Both the position numbers and the translations under genes were made by a program. A stretch of 64,000 nt of DNA, from the NCBI GenBank assembly GCA_051294375.1, contig CM119270.1, positions 13,929,316 through 13,993,315 of the forward strand, in the 5' to 3' direction. Positions 49,355 to 63,101 of the stretch are shown piece after piece. Source of the DNA: Paraspadella gotoi. Its lineage: Eukaryota > Animalia > Chaetognatha. Below the pieces are notes generated by a model that had not been told where the DNA came from, made no database searches, and saw only the letters and a list, made by a program, of their open reading frames with translations. Numbering within the stretch: position 1 is the stretch's first letter; each line of letters starts with the position of its first letter.

Positions 49355-50977
49355 TTCCGTTTTCGCAAAATTAGTTATCAACCTTCTTTTGTAGTACATG
49401 TATTTATTATTTATTTTTTCATCACCGATCAAGGTTGGTTGAATCTGTAAATTTATCGACGTCTTTCTTTTTACTCTTTCGTCTTCAGACTTTTAAATAA
49501 AAATCCTTATGTTTTTTCCACGTTTTTTTTTAAATACCGCTCCCGCTCTCTCTCTCTCTCTCGTTCGTTTTCTCTCTCTCTCTCTCTCTCTTTCTTTCGC
49601 AGCGATATATCTTTTTTCCCCTCGCTCCCTCTTTTCTCAGTGTTTATCCCAAGGGAGAACAGGGAGAGAGTTGTTGAGAACTAAAAATAAACCTGAAGCA
49701 ATTAAAAAAATAATAAAAAAATGGATAAATAATAAAACCTGAAGCAATAAAAAGTATAAAAGTTAAGCAATGAAAAAATGATAAACAAAAAACAGAGAAA
49801 AAAAAACAAATAAAAAAAATAATGAACAATAAAAATCGTCTAGAAATAAAAAGACGATAAAAATCGTAAAAGAAGAAATCTCTCGCATTCGCAGAAAATC
49901 ACGAAATCGATCAAAGAAAATAAATGAACACACACAAAAAAAAAAAAAAAATCCGTTTTATTCGCGGAAAAATCACAAACTCGACCGCGTGAAAAATCAC
50001 AGACGGAATCGATTTTCGTCACTGATTTTAACTATTAGAGTATTTCCTCCACCCGTGAGGTTCGGCATCAAGGGAGGGGGGGGGGGTTCTGGATTGTAGC
50101 TGGTTAAATAAAATTTTAATGATTCTAAATTTCTGTTACAAAATAAATAAAAGTCTCTCCCGGATGTGAGAGAATGAGAATCCAAATTTACTGCGTTACG
50201 AAAAAGGAACTTGTGTGTTTATATCGAGAGAGAAGGAAAGAGAGGAAGAGAGAGGAAGAGAGAGGAAGAGAGGACCGAATGTAAACATTCTCTGTTGTCA
50301 CGAAAAACGCGCAGCTTCGATTAGATTCAATTAGTGTTGACATCGAGAAGGAGCGTCTTGTCACGAATATTTAAAAAAGGAAAAAAAAAAAAGAAAGACG
50401 TTTTCCGTCTCTCGTTTTCGTCTCCCGACGCAGAAATGACGACTGTTTTATTCTCCCCTCTTCCATCCCCCCTAACTCGCCCCCTTCCATCGCCCTTTAT
50501 CTCTTCAAGGTGCGACGTGCTCGTTTGATTTCGTTATGGCGATAAATTCTTTGTTAAAATAAGAGACCTTATTCTCTTTATGGTGTTAGGATGCTACATA
50601 TCTCTTTTTTCAAATTATTTTTATAACTGCCGCAATCGTACGCACGCATAAAAAAAATATACTTAAGATAAATCCATCCTATATGTCAGAGGATTGTAAC
50701 TTTAATTCTTGACTATTCATAAGCTAATCAATAAGTACGAACAGGCGTCTGTCGGTTCATCCGTCCTCCCGAGAGATGACCATTTTTCAAAATGTTCATA
50801 CTTAGACTTTCAAAAGAAAAAAAAAATTCAAAAAATAAATATCAATACTAATAATCTTGTTAAGTACGGAAACCAATTAGCACAAGAACGATAACAACGG
50901 AGTTTCTTTCATCCTTATTTTTCTTTCTCGTTCTTTCCCCGTTCCGTCTTTTTTCTTTTAATGGAGAGAGAGAGAGG

Positions 50978-51042
<65 letters not shown>

Positions 51043-51829
51043 TTTGCCTTCACGCCTTTCTGTTTATTTTTCCTCCCTGAATTGAACTTTAGAGGGGAAA
51101 TTCTCAGACAANNNNNNNNNNCAGCGAATATAGAGACATGATGTCATGAAGCTATAAATTGACAAACTTAAAGACTTTTTTACCTGTCTGAGTACAAAGT
51201 AACGAAGAAATAAAGGTAAAAGTTTTTTTTATTGATTTTATTGACACAAGGGCAACCGTTGTACAATGAGAGGATCATAAATTAAACTACAAAATAAATA
51301 TTACAAGTGAGAAGTCGTTGATGCTGTTTTATCACAATTCAAAAATAAGAGGAGAAAAAAAATTACGATAAAAAACAAGAAATAAAAAAATAAAAATGAT
51401 CATAGTTCAATGACAGGATTCAATTTCAATGACGAGAATGTCAGTTTGCGATCAAATTTTGTTATTCGCCGATCGGCTCATTAATTCTTCCTCTTCAATT
51501 CTCATTTTATGAATATTATTTGAAACAATTTGGAAGAAACATTAAAAGTTCTCTAAATACATGCAATCGTTTATCGATCAATAAATGCTTCATAACACCC
51601 ATTTTTCCGTGACTCTATCCGTACTTCGTTATCGTATTCTTTTTCATTTTAGTTTTAGTTCTCATTCACCTGATCAATCAACCGAAGACAAAGTTTGAAT
51701 CAATGTTGTCTATATTCATTCCCCCACCTTTTTCCATCATCTCTGTCTTTGAACCCATCAATCTCTCTCATATCCCATATTCCCACCCCCCTTCTTTCCA
51801 TCGCCCCCACGCCCCCCGGTCCACCCCCC

Positions 51830-54800
51830 TACCCTTCCTTCAACTTGGCCTTGAGCCAAACGATCCTCTCTGATCTTCTCTCAGCACAAGGCGAAGCACA
51901 TCGCGAGCAGCGCCATCCCGAGGAGGATGTAGCAGGCGGAGAGAATTCCCGCCGTGGCGGAGCTGACGCCTGGAGAAAGGAGGGTTAGAGGCCGTCTTAG
52001 GGGAGCGGAATCTCTCTGGAGCAGAGTTGACTACTGGAGTGAATAGCGAGAATCAAATTATATCGACTTGATTATCAATGCAAAGTAAATGAAATGAAGT
52101 AAAAAGAAACGAAATGAATTAAAACAATAAATCGATATGCATACAAATAAATAACTTAATGTTAATGTAATGTTAATTGATCAGATTCCAGACGGCATCG
52201 CTCAAACGATCAAGTCTCAAGCAGCTTCAAAACAAAACGAGACAGCAAGCCAAGAACAACAACAAAAACAACGACAACGATAAACCGCTTGTAACACAGG
52301 AGGCGTCACTGGACGTCCTTCCAACTCACTCGGCACGTAGTCCCCGAATCCGATTGTCGAGAGAGTCACGAAGCTGAAGTAGATGGAATCGGTCGTCGTC
52401 CATCCTTCCGAGTGACCGAAGACGCCGGCGCCCAATAGCAGGTAGAGGATGAGGATGCCGGCCGTCAGCGTCAGCGGGACCATGACGTCCTCTTCGTCGT
52501 CGTATTCGTCGTCGTCGTCGGCGTTGTCGTCGAACGAGTTTTTGGCGCGGTGATAAGCTCTGAGGAAAAATCATTTGCTCTTTAAGTAAACATTAATTAC
52601 AAAGCAACAGAGTTTTTATTTGTTATTACAACGATGATTTAAAAATTTCGGACATGCTTCGGTTCTTGATTTTTGCGAACCTTCTTCAGCGCAAGGTTTT
52701 GACAGTTTCACAATTATGCAAAACTTTAATTAATAATTATGATATGAATGCAGTTAATATATAAATAGTTATTCGATTAATCAATTGGAATTTTAAAATT
52801 TCTTTATACTGGCTGCAGATTGATTTAAAATTTTTACATGATTAATTCATCATGTCAAAATTTTTCATGAAATAATTATCATAAACATCGTTCAAAATTC
52901 CAACTCTCGATCCATAACCTAGTCATCCTTTCGTCCACCGCCGAATCCTCGAACTCTCCGCCGACTTGACCGCAGAAATCCTTCGTCTTAGGTTTCTTGT
53001 TGGCGCCGCCGCCACCGCCGCTGACGCCGCCCTCCCCAATGTTGGCGTCGAAATCGATGTTGGGCGTCTTCCGCGCTTGTTCGTACCAATCTTTGGAGTA
53101 GGCGTTCGACGAGATGTTCACGTCGTAGTTGCTGATGGAGATTAGTGGGTGTTATTAATCATATTGTGGCAACACATTCACTATCGCCACCCGCCTGAGT
53201 CCATCAGCGCAGGCCCGTTGGCGTAAGAGCGAGAATTCTCTCTTCCCACCAAAACCGTTTTGGGTTCGCGCCCCATTGGTGTCAATGCTATTAAGCGGGA
53301 CGGGACGTCAAAGCCACCAGTAGTGGCGAACTACAGTCAGATCCGAAGTTCAGAAACTAGCAGATAACAGGCGGTAGTTTGTCGTGTGGCACTAAAATAT
53401 AATCATATAAAGATGGAATAAAAAATGCAAACAATTTTACAGGCCCAATGCTACGCTCAGTGATGTTTACGTACATTTAGAAATAATCGGTTAAACAAAA
53501 AAAATGTCAGATTTTAAAAGATGTACACTTGTTTGTCAGCTCCGTCGCAACACTTCGCGCCATTTCCTACGACCATTTTCTCTTCACCTCACCAAAGAAG
53601 AAACTCACTTGTGCCAATTTTCGTTCCTTCTCTCTTCCAACTCCCTCCCCCGGTTCTCCTCTTCCTCCGCCCCGCTCTTCCTCTTCCTCATCTTGGTGCA
53701 GATTTTCCCGCCAAGACGAAAGATGAGCGACCGAATCTTTTTGTAGACGCAGCTGAAGAGATTCGTCATCGGGACTCCGAGGAGAGCGAGGAAGAGGCCG
53801 AAGATTGGAATGCCTGGGAGGAAGAGGATGATGGGAGACCTTTTTTGATTTCCGCGCCGATTTTCTAAAATTGAAGAGTCTGTTGCATAATATTTTGTAT
53901 CCAACGACGATACAAACGACTCAGGCGTAGCAAATGGCGACGATCCGTCCGGCGACAGTGTGAGGGCGATGTTCATACCGATGGTGGAGATGATGGTGAC
54001 GGCGAGAAGGTGGAGGCGCCCAGCCCGCCGGAGTCTTTACAGTCCTCGTGCTGACCGTACAGGCCACCTGAGGTTGGACCGCGAGAAATGCGCGGGAAAG
54101 TTGAATTAATTGAATTAATGGTAATATTTTGTCAATTTGATTTATACGAAATCAATACCGATTTATGATAAACAAGATGAGTGGTTAACTGGTTATAACA
54201 ATATTTAATATTAGTATAGATGTAAATATTTTAAAAAAGAATCGTGTAAGACACTAACGCTTCGCGGTAAGTGTCGAGGACATTGGTAAGGTTGTCGACG
54301 AGATTGTCGGAGTTGGATCCGCGAAGCGTTTGATGAGCCCCGATCCGATGGCCTTCACCTGCAAACGCCCAGACCTAATTACGTTTAACCAACAAATTAT
54401 TCATTAAATTTACAGATCTCAATATGTATATGTATGTTATATAGGCGAAAAATTACAAATAAAATAAAGGTTTGAAAGAACACTCTATAAGGATGCAACA
54501 AATAACTTGAATTTTTAGCTACAAGGAATCGATCACACCTGTGCTCGTCGATTGCCGACTTGTCTTTCTTTGCAAAACTGACGAGCTGTCTTTTCCTCCA
54601 ACAGTTGAAATAATCTAAATCATGAATAAAGCAGTAATAATAGAAACGGCTCACGAAGCTCGCAATTCATTCCATCACGGAATGACGGACCTCCCGGTCG
54701 CAGAATAAACGACGATAAGGAGGCAAGATGCCGACGGGGCCAGAAGGGCCGAAGCGCGTTGGAACAAAAGTGGCGACCTTCGCCCCGCATCGCGCCGCCT

Positions 54801-54843
54801 AAGTATTGATTTAAGTATGGTAATTTATCGGCGTCTTGCGCAT
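51830..54843 (-). CDS. Two-pore-domain (K2P/TWIK-family) potassium channel with multiple frameshifts (sequence error or pseudogene)
   Basis: TM1-like CLLIVVYSATG. P1 is AVTIISTIG(YG)NIA(P)..TVAGRIVAICYA, frameshifted. TM2 is GIPIFGLFLALLG. TM3 and P2 are ILYLLLGAGVFGHSEGWTTTDSIYFSFVTLSTIGFGDYVP. TM4 is ACYILLGMALLAMCF. Both ends are approximate. Confidence 0.88.
52651..52689 (-). ncRNA. Minimal hammerhead ribozyme (GAAA>GAAG variant) in a K2P intron
   Basis: Minus strand reads CTGAAGA-A-GGTTC-GCAAAAATCAA-GAACC-GAAG-CATG-TC. Confidence 0.72.
53212..53400 (+). mobile_element. tRNA-derived SINE in a K2P intron
   Basis: 5' GGCCCGT, A-box-like TGGCGTAAGAGCG and B-box-like GGGTTCGCGCCCC at tRNA-like spacing but no cloverleaf. 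The body contains GGGACGTCAAAGCC and there is an AT-rich tail. Confidence 0.55.
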
Positions 54844-55960
54844 TTGTTTTTTTTTGGGAATCTTGAAGACTTGTGCCGAGAGCGCTAGCAGTTGTGCATG
54901 ATTTTTTTTGTTAAAAAACAAAGTGATCGGGTCACTTGCATTCAACTTTTTAAAATACTAGTAATTGTTTCTTATTTTTTAATTGTAGTGCTTCTGTAAA
55001 CTTACGCTTGTGTCGCCTGACTTGTTCCTAATTTTATAAATTTGCTTATACGTCTTATATTGTAAGGATGTAGGTATGTGATGAGTTGGAATCAAGAGTT
55101 GATATCTTTAGTATCTGATATATTTTGTATAGTTTTTTTTTTAAATTAGTTAGCCCAGTGCTATTTGTATATGTTACTATCCTATATAATGTCAATTTCT
55201 TTTTTTTTTTTCTGACGAAGTGGACACAGATTCAGATTCCTCGTAAAGTTATTAAAGATAAATCTTTTTCCAGAAATTATCATTTCTTAGCAAATTGATA
55301 TGCGTCTATATAGTTTTTACATTTTTAACACTTAATAAAATAATTTTAACAGATGTATCTTCGTTATTCGATTTGTAAGATCCAAGGTCTGATCTTAAAT
55401 AAAAATTTTTTGAAATTTGCTTTATTATATTTTTTATATATATACATAGGACTTACTGGTGGCCACTAATTATAAATTACAAATAATTTACCAAGTATTT
55501 TTTGTTTTACTCTTATGTTTTTATTGCTAATTTTATTTTTTGAATTTTATTATTTATTACATCACTTAATGTGGAGGGATACGGGTTCTGATAATATTGA
55601 ACTTTAACTCTAACTTAATTCCATAAGTTTAGAGCTTCATTTTATTTCTGATGGTTTATAACTCATAAGCTCTGCCAAAACTCACCTGTTTTACTAGTCA
55701 TGTTTAAATAGTCACATTGTTTGATAATTTTGTTTTTCATCGTTCCGCCGCTGGATTTTAATTTTAGTTCAATTATGTTTCTTATCCCATCATTGATTTT
55801 TTTGGACGCGTATATTGATACGTAAATAAAGACAAAAAAAAGATTATTTTTTTTGGCGCAATTACTCAAGTAGTTGAAAATTTTGGATTGATTCAACTGG
55901 TTTCAAAAAATAGAGCCACAAGGCAGTCTCTCTCTCTTCTCTCTCTCTCTCTTCTCTCTC

Positions 55961-56022
<62 letters not shown>

Positions 56023-56196
56023 GTTCTCTCGTACACACGCGGATAAAATCGATAATAACCTCCATTCGTGAGGACACGCGAGACCAACGCCGAAAATTCT
56101 CGTAAGGGTGCCAATCAACATCATCATCATTATCATCTATCATCATCATCATCATCATCTTCAGTCATCATTATAATCATCATCATCATCAATCAT

Positions 56197-56252
<56 letters not shown>

Positions 56253-56626
56253 GATAACCATAAAAACTAAAAACATAAAAACATAAATCTTTGACAAATA
56301 TGCTATGTTTACTATTCAAGCCAAACGAAAGGCAGATATGTGATATTGATGAGACCATAATCCTAACAATTTAAAAATTGTCAACAAAAGACAACGGATG
56401 TGGAGAGAGTCAAATCGCTTTGACATAGCAGGTCTCTGCAAGCTTTCAATTAATAAAATGGAATTACTATCTTGGAAAAAAGTAATCACATAATCATTTA
56501 TTCAATAAAAAGTATACAAACATGGATAAAACATTCTCAATATTTGGTATGCATTTCCTCGCATCGACTACTCCTGATTGTCTGGGTTTGCTCTTATACA
56601 TNNNNNNNNNNNNNNNNNNNNNNNNN

Positions 56627-58690
56627 CTTTTCCTCCAACAGTTGAAATAATCCTAAATCATGAATACAGCAGTAAATAATAGAAACGGCTCAGGAAGCTC
56701 GCAATTCCATTCCTTCACGGAATGACGGACCTCCACCGGCGCAGGAATAAACGACGATAAGGAGCAAGATGCCGACGGGGCCCAGAAGGGCCGAAGCCGC
56801 GTTGGAACAAAAGTGGCGACACTTCGCCCCGCATCGCGCCGCCTAAGTATTGATTAAGCTATGGTAATTTATCGGCGTCTTGCGCATTTGTTTTTCTTTG
56901 GAATCTTGAAGACTTCGTGCGAGAGCGCTAGCAGTTAGTGCATGAATTTTTTTTTTGTTAAAAAAAAAACAAGTGATCGAGGTCACTTGGATTCACATTT
57001 TTAAAAAAAAATATTATAAAATTGTTCCTCTATTTTTTAATTGTAGGTGCTTCTGTAAAACTTACGCTTCGAGTCGCCTGACTTGTTCCTAAGATTTTAT
57101 AAATTTGATAATTAACGTCTTATATTGTAAAGGATGTAGGGTATGGTGAAGTGAAAGTTTGGAATCAAAATTTAGCAGTTATATCTTGAAAACTATCATA
57201 TTAGTGAATAGTTATTTTTTTTTACAAATATAGTAGCCCAGTCAGCCTATTTTGTNNNNNNNNNNNNNNNNNNNNNNNNNNNNNNNNNNNNNNNNNNNNN
57301 NNNNNNNNNNNNNNNNNNNNNNNNNNNNNNNNNNNNNNNNNNNNNNNNNNNNNNNNNNNNNNNNNNNNNNNNNNNNNNNNNNNNNNNNNNNNNNNNNNNN
57401 NNNNNNNNNNNNNNNNNNNNNNNNNNNNNNNNNNNNNNNNNNNNNNNNNNNNNNNNNNNNNNNNNNNNNNNNNNNNNNNNNNNNNNNNNNNNNNNNNNNN
57501 NNNNNNNNNNNNNNNNNNNNNNNNNNNNNNNNNNNNNNNNNNNNNNNNNNNNNNNNNNNNNNNNNNNNNNNNNNNNNNNNNNNNNNNNNNNNNNNNNNNN
57601 NNNNNNNNNNNNNNNNNNNNNNNNNATATCAACTTTTTGTAAGGAATCCAAATCTGATCTTAAAAATTAAAAAAAATCATTTTGAAATTTTAGCTTATTA
57701 CATATTTATTACTATGTCATTTTTGAAATATCTGCCACTGGACTTGGTCTTAAGGGCTAGCACTATGGTTAATATACAAAAACGTTGAGAAAAAATACGA
57801 CAATCAGTTCTTTAGTGTCCAAATGATTGACAGGTATTAACTTTACGTTCACTTANNNNNNNNNNNNNNNNNNNNNNNNNNNNNNNNNNNNNNNNNNNNN
57901 NNNNNNNNNNNNNNNNNNNNNNNNNNNNNNNNNNNNNNNNNNNNNNNNNNNNNNNNNNNNNNNNNNNNNNNNNNNNNNNNNNNNNNNNNNNNNNNNNNNN
58001 NNNNNNNNNNNNNNNNNNNNNNNNNNNNNNNNNNNNNNNNNNNNNNNNNNNNNNNNNNNNNNNNNAATTATACTTCCTTATATCAACTTTTTGTAAGGAA
58101 TCCAAGTCTGATCTTAAAAATTAAAAAAATTCATTTTGAAATTTTAGCTTATTATATATTTATTACTATATATAAATAGAGCTTACTGGTGCCCACTAAT
58201 GTATAAAATTAAAAAATAAATTTACCAAAGTATTTTTATTAGTTTTTACTCTTATGTTTTATATGCTAAATTTTAATTTTTTTAAATTTTATTATTTTTA
58301 CATCACTCTAATGTGGAGGGATCACGGAGTTTCTGAAATATCTGAACTTTAACTCTAACTTAATTCCATAAGTTTAGAGCTTCATTTTATTTCTGATGGT
58401 TTAATAACTCATAAGCTCGCCAAAACTCACCTGTTTACTAGTCATTGTTTAATAGTCACATTTGTTTGATAATTTTGTTTTTCATCGTTCCGCCGCTGGA
58501 TTTTAATTTTAGTTCAATTATGTTTCATTATCCCATCATTGGATTTTTTTGGACGCGAATATTGATACCGTAATAAAGACTAAAAAAGATTATTTTTTTT
58601 TGGCGGAATTACCCAAGTAGTTGAAAATTTTGGATTGATTCAACTGGTTTCCAAAAAAAGAGAGCCACAAGGCAGTCTCTCTCTCTCTAG
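56627..58690. repeat. Indel-rich direct duplicate of ~54588-55935 (K2P first exon and upstream region), interrupted by N gaps
   Basis: CTTTTCCTCCAACAGTTGAAATAATC...GAGCCACAAGGCAGTCTCTC is colinear with the first copy. Confidence 0.92.
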
Positions 58691-58770
58691 AGGAGATGAA
58701 AGTAAAAAATGGCAATTCTTGAGCCTCGTCTCTCTCTCTCCTCTCTCCATCTCTCTCTCTCTCTCTCTTC

Positions 58771-58814
<44 letters not shown>

Positions 58815-59806
58815 CTTCTCTCTCTCTCTTTTTCTCTCTCTCTCTCAAACCATTCAAATCTTAAAATCGAATTTGCGACATCAAAACATTTCACGCTCGG
58901 CGCTACGGAGATTGGCTTCTTTTTTAATTCTCGTTTTTATTCTTTATTTTTTTTCTCGCTTTTTATCTTTCTGTTCCTCATGATTCGTTGAGATGATTCG
59001 AGAAGGTTTTTTGGAGATAACATCTCCAATATCGTTTTTACCTTTTAGGTCCATCTCAGATTCGAGGCCGTCTTGCGAAGAGAGAGAGAGAGAGAGAGAG
59101 AGATGATGATGATAAGATATTACTAAAAACGCCGGATGAGGAGAAACAGCCTTAGGGCGATCCTATTTTGCGGGCCTCTAGGTCTTATCGCCAAAATAAA
59201 ACTTGTGCGCGCCCCCGGCGAGTGTCTACGCTTAACTTTATACTTAATCTATCGATTTGAAAAGTATCAAAGTAATTTAAAAAATTACTAGGGTATTTGA
59301 AAAAATTACTAGGGTATCCTAACTTGACAATACATTAAAAAAAAAAAAAAAAAGCGAGCCCCGGCGGGGTCTTACCGCCAAACTACTATCACTATTTCTA
59401 TCAGATATTTGTCCACAATTTCTTGCCTTTTCTACTCTTTAGTTTACTAATCTACCAATGAGCAACGTTTATTGAATTAATGTACGAAACAATGGATAGA
59501 AAGTGTTATTCAGTTTAAAACGAATTTAAATAACAGAAGCTAAAGATTTTAAAATTATTTAACCATATTGGCTAAATATAGGTTTTATGAACTCGCAACC
59601 ACGGTCAATAACTTTATCAAAAGTTTCTTGGGAACGAACAAGAATATTATTCTAAGGAGAAGAATATACGAGATATAACTGTCGATCATTTTTATTTATA
59701 GTTACAAGAACGAGTTTTTGCTCCCCAAGAATGGAGATGATGTTGCCGCCAGTCTTTTAGATGATCTTTAGACTGGCGTTCGATGGTGCCGGATATCGAT
59801 ATTGAG

Positions 59807-59842
<36 letters not shown>

Positions 59843-62791
59843 CGAGAGAGAGAAGAGAGAGAGAAACCAATCGCGAATTCTACCCAATCTTTACACAAAC
59901 AACCGAGGACATTTTCCCTCGTTTTTTCTTTTTCTTTCTTTCTGTCCGTTTCTCTCTCTTACCTTTACTTCTCTACGATATGTTTTCTTCACTTACCCTG
60001 GATTCGGTTATCCATTCATTAAGGGCCCACTGAGTTTAACCGCAAAAATCAAGAAAAAAACATAAACAAAACAAACGTAAACAAAAAGAAACACGTTTGC
60101 AATTAGGAAGGAAACCATCTTTTCCCCCCCAAGGACGAATAGGAGGTCAGGCATTTTCATTTTCCAGTTAAAGATAATGAAAGAGAGAAGGAAGAGGATG
60201 ATGAGAAGAAAGAAGGAGAATTAAGGTGGGCTATGACTCCAAGGTGAGGTAATACGTTGATGCTACATTCATCGATGGAGAACACAAAGCTCGCATTCAG
60301 CTTAAGTTGACAAAGAAATTATTGCATTAACGGAAGCAAAACCGAATAAAAGCCGATAATTACGCATACCTGTCGGTAGGACTTTTTATTTTGTCAGATT
60401 TTATTTGACTACGTGAATACAGTTTAATTTGTTTCAGGTTTTTTTTAATATTTTTTTCGCATTGTTTATCATCTTTTTTCTCTCAACCGTGTAGCAAAAT
60501 GATGTATTTTTTTATTTTCTCAGGTTTTACCGCTGCCCAAAGAAAAAATACTCAGCTAGAAACCAAAACTTTCAAAAAAAACAAAAAAAACAAACTACAT
60601 AAACCTTATAAACACGAAAATAAAAAACCAAAACAAACATCAAAACAAAGATGCATCCACGCCTTCGTTCCCTTCTATTCCTCTTCCTCTTCTCCTCTTC
60701 CTCCCGCCCCTCGTTCCGGCACGCCTCCGACTTCCGGGGACGCGGCGCAGCCCCCTACGTCAGACGGTGACGGACCTCGCTGCGGCGTCGGGCTGCGGCG
60801 TCGAGGCCCCGACTCGATCGCCTCGACAAATCGCAAGGCCCCGCGGAGTTCGTCTCAGGAAAACAGGAAGTTGCTCCGTGGGTTTGGTCGACATTTATCC
60901 GATCGTCTTCGTATTCGTCGAGAGAATACCCGTTGTTCAGGTGAGAATCTCCGGGTGTGTGGGTGCAACTGTGTGTGGGTGCACAGTGGGTGGAACGGGG
61001 GGTCACTCGTTTGGCCACTATTTTTACTTTCGATCGACATATACTACTCGGCATATATCATTACCTTTTTTAAGTTATTAGGGGGGATTAGGGGTAGTTT
61101 AGGGTTAGGGGTGTTAGGATGGTTAGAGGTAAGTTTGATCAGGGTTTAGGGGTGGTTAGGCTATGGTGGTTAAAAAAAATCACAATTGGCCACTGGAGAA
61201 ATTCCAAGCAGTGAATGTAAAATTTTGCCCTAGTTTTCCATTATCCCCTGTTTGATTTTGTCGTCATTTTCTGCTTCTCGTCTTCGTCTTTCTTCTTCTT
61301 CTTCTCGTCTTGATGTCGTCCTTTTTGTCGCCGTCATCTTCGTGACATCTCGTTCCCATTCTCGCCACCGTCCACCGGAAGTCGAGATCGTGAACTCTCC
61401 CTCGAGACGTGGGCCACGCCACTTCGACCCCTCGATACCTCTAGATATCCTCGCTCATTCCGTCCGGAAATGAAATTACAACAAATCTTTTTTTCTTCCG
61501 TTTTTGTTCTTTTTTAACTTTTGCTTTCATCACTCTTTCTACTGCTAAAACTTTAATTATTTTTTAATTCTCTTTCTTTCCTTTCTTGTTTCTTGTTTCT
61601 TGTTTCTTGTTCTTGTTTCACTCTTTCTCGCCTCTCTGTTCACTTTCATCCCTGCTACTGCTACACCTTAATATTTTTTTTTTATTCTCTTTTCCCTTTC
61701 TCGTTCACTCTCTTTCATTCACCCCCTCTGACTGAACCTCCCCCCCCCCTTTCTTCCCCGCCCCTCAGTTACCGCACCCTCGAGGATTAAGCGCGGTGGT
61801 GGTGACGATCCACTTTGAGCTGGCCGAGCCCTCCGCCTCCGCCCTCGACCGGAACCAATACCTCGTTATAAAGGAAACGAGAAAATCATTCAGCGTTCTA
61901 TTAAGTTCCCGCTTTTTTTTTACCTTTATCAAAAATCAAAGGTTTAAAATTGAAAATTTAGAAATTATATAAAAAAAAAAAACATTTATGTGCCATCTGT
62001 CATATACGTAGTTATAAAGTAATAGATGGATTGATTATAAGAATACCAGACCGACCGAAAAGGCGTTCGAAAAGTCGCGGCTGTTCCAACGATTAACGAG
62101 AACCTAAAACGGCAAGACTGCGATAATTTAATACAGCGTTATCAACTTATTTTATGTTACATAAATCAACTATTTTCCGTTTCGATTACCCAGCCTACGA
62201 ATTGCCGGAGACAAAGGAAGTACTCGGCAACCATTCTCACAAATTCGTGAAAATCTCCGTCGTCGAAGCGGAAGTCGACGAGAGCGTTGAGAACTACAGG
62301 ATCCTTCGGTAAGTCATATAAGTCACATACGATTAATAATTTTACAAAAACTAAATTGACTTTGATTTAAACTTTCTCAATCTTGATTTAACACTTTAAT
62401 AGTGAAGATACATCGTAAATAGTTAAACAAAGTTAACAAGTAACGAAGTCAAAGATGATCATTGATGAATGTCCCCCCCATTTACATCTCCAGCCTCCTA
62501 CTTGGCCATTCCCCCTCTCCCGTCTATTTCTCGACGAGGAATCCGCGATGCCAACGCCACGTCGTCAACCGACGACTTCCGGTTCAGCGTCAAAGCGGCG
62601 GCGAAGATCGGGCGGTTCACCCGGAACTCAACTTGGAAATCGCCGTCATCCAACAGGTAGGAGGAAGATGGAACGAGACAATTTCAGATATTTATGTGCT
62701 TACAGATGACATGACTTTACGAAACTATTAAAGATACGAGAAAAACGTTATTCTCTTACAAGAAAAATTCGAGCCAGTAATTGTAAAAGGT

Positions 62792-62870
62792 TGGCAGCGG
62801 TGGGATTCGAACCCACGCCCCGAAAGACTGGTGCCTTAAACCAGCCGCTTAGACACTCGGCCACGCTACC
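62792..62870 (-). pseudogene. Degenerate copy of tRNA-Leu(AAG)
   Basis: Same sequence as 40214-40295 with several 1-nt indels; likely a sequencing-error duplicate. Confidence 0.75.
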
Positions 62871-63036
62871 AGATGACTCTTTTTGTTGCATATGTTTATG
62901 ACTCGGTTACACTTTTGGTTATAAATTTTTTTATCAGTTGAAAATAAAACGGATAGCTGAATAAATTTCAATCAGTTAATATACCCGCACCTGTTTTTGA
63001 ATATTTTTTTGTTACTTTTTTTAGCTTAATTCATAA

Positions 63037-63101
63037 GGTTCATGTGTAACGGTTAGCCAGGACTCTGAATCCTTAACCGAGTTCGAATCTCGGTGGAACC
63101 T
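63037..63101 (+). pseudogene. Degenerate copy of tRNA-Gln(CTG)
   Basis: Same sequence as 40463-40534 with deletions; likely a sequencing-error duplicate. Confidence 0.75.

Noticed and set aside
48813-49394. 193-aa acidic ORF on the + strand
   Set aside because: It is the antisense shadow of the Ser-rich first exon of the CAP gene.
54640-54855. Structured Pol III ncRNA or miR-31 (AGGCAAGATG, hairpins, T run)
   Set aside because: The GC-rich block is explained by the K2P TM1 exon on the minus strand. The miR-31 match is seed-only and lacks a proper precursor.
57222-58105. Long ORFs made of X residues
   Set aside because: These are assembly gaps (N runs).
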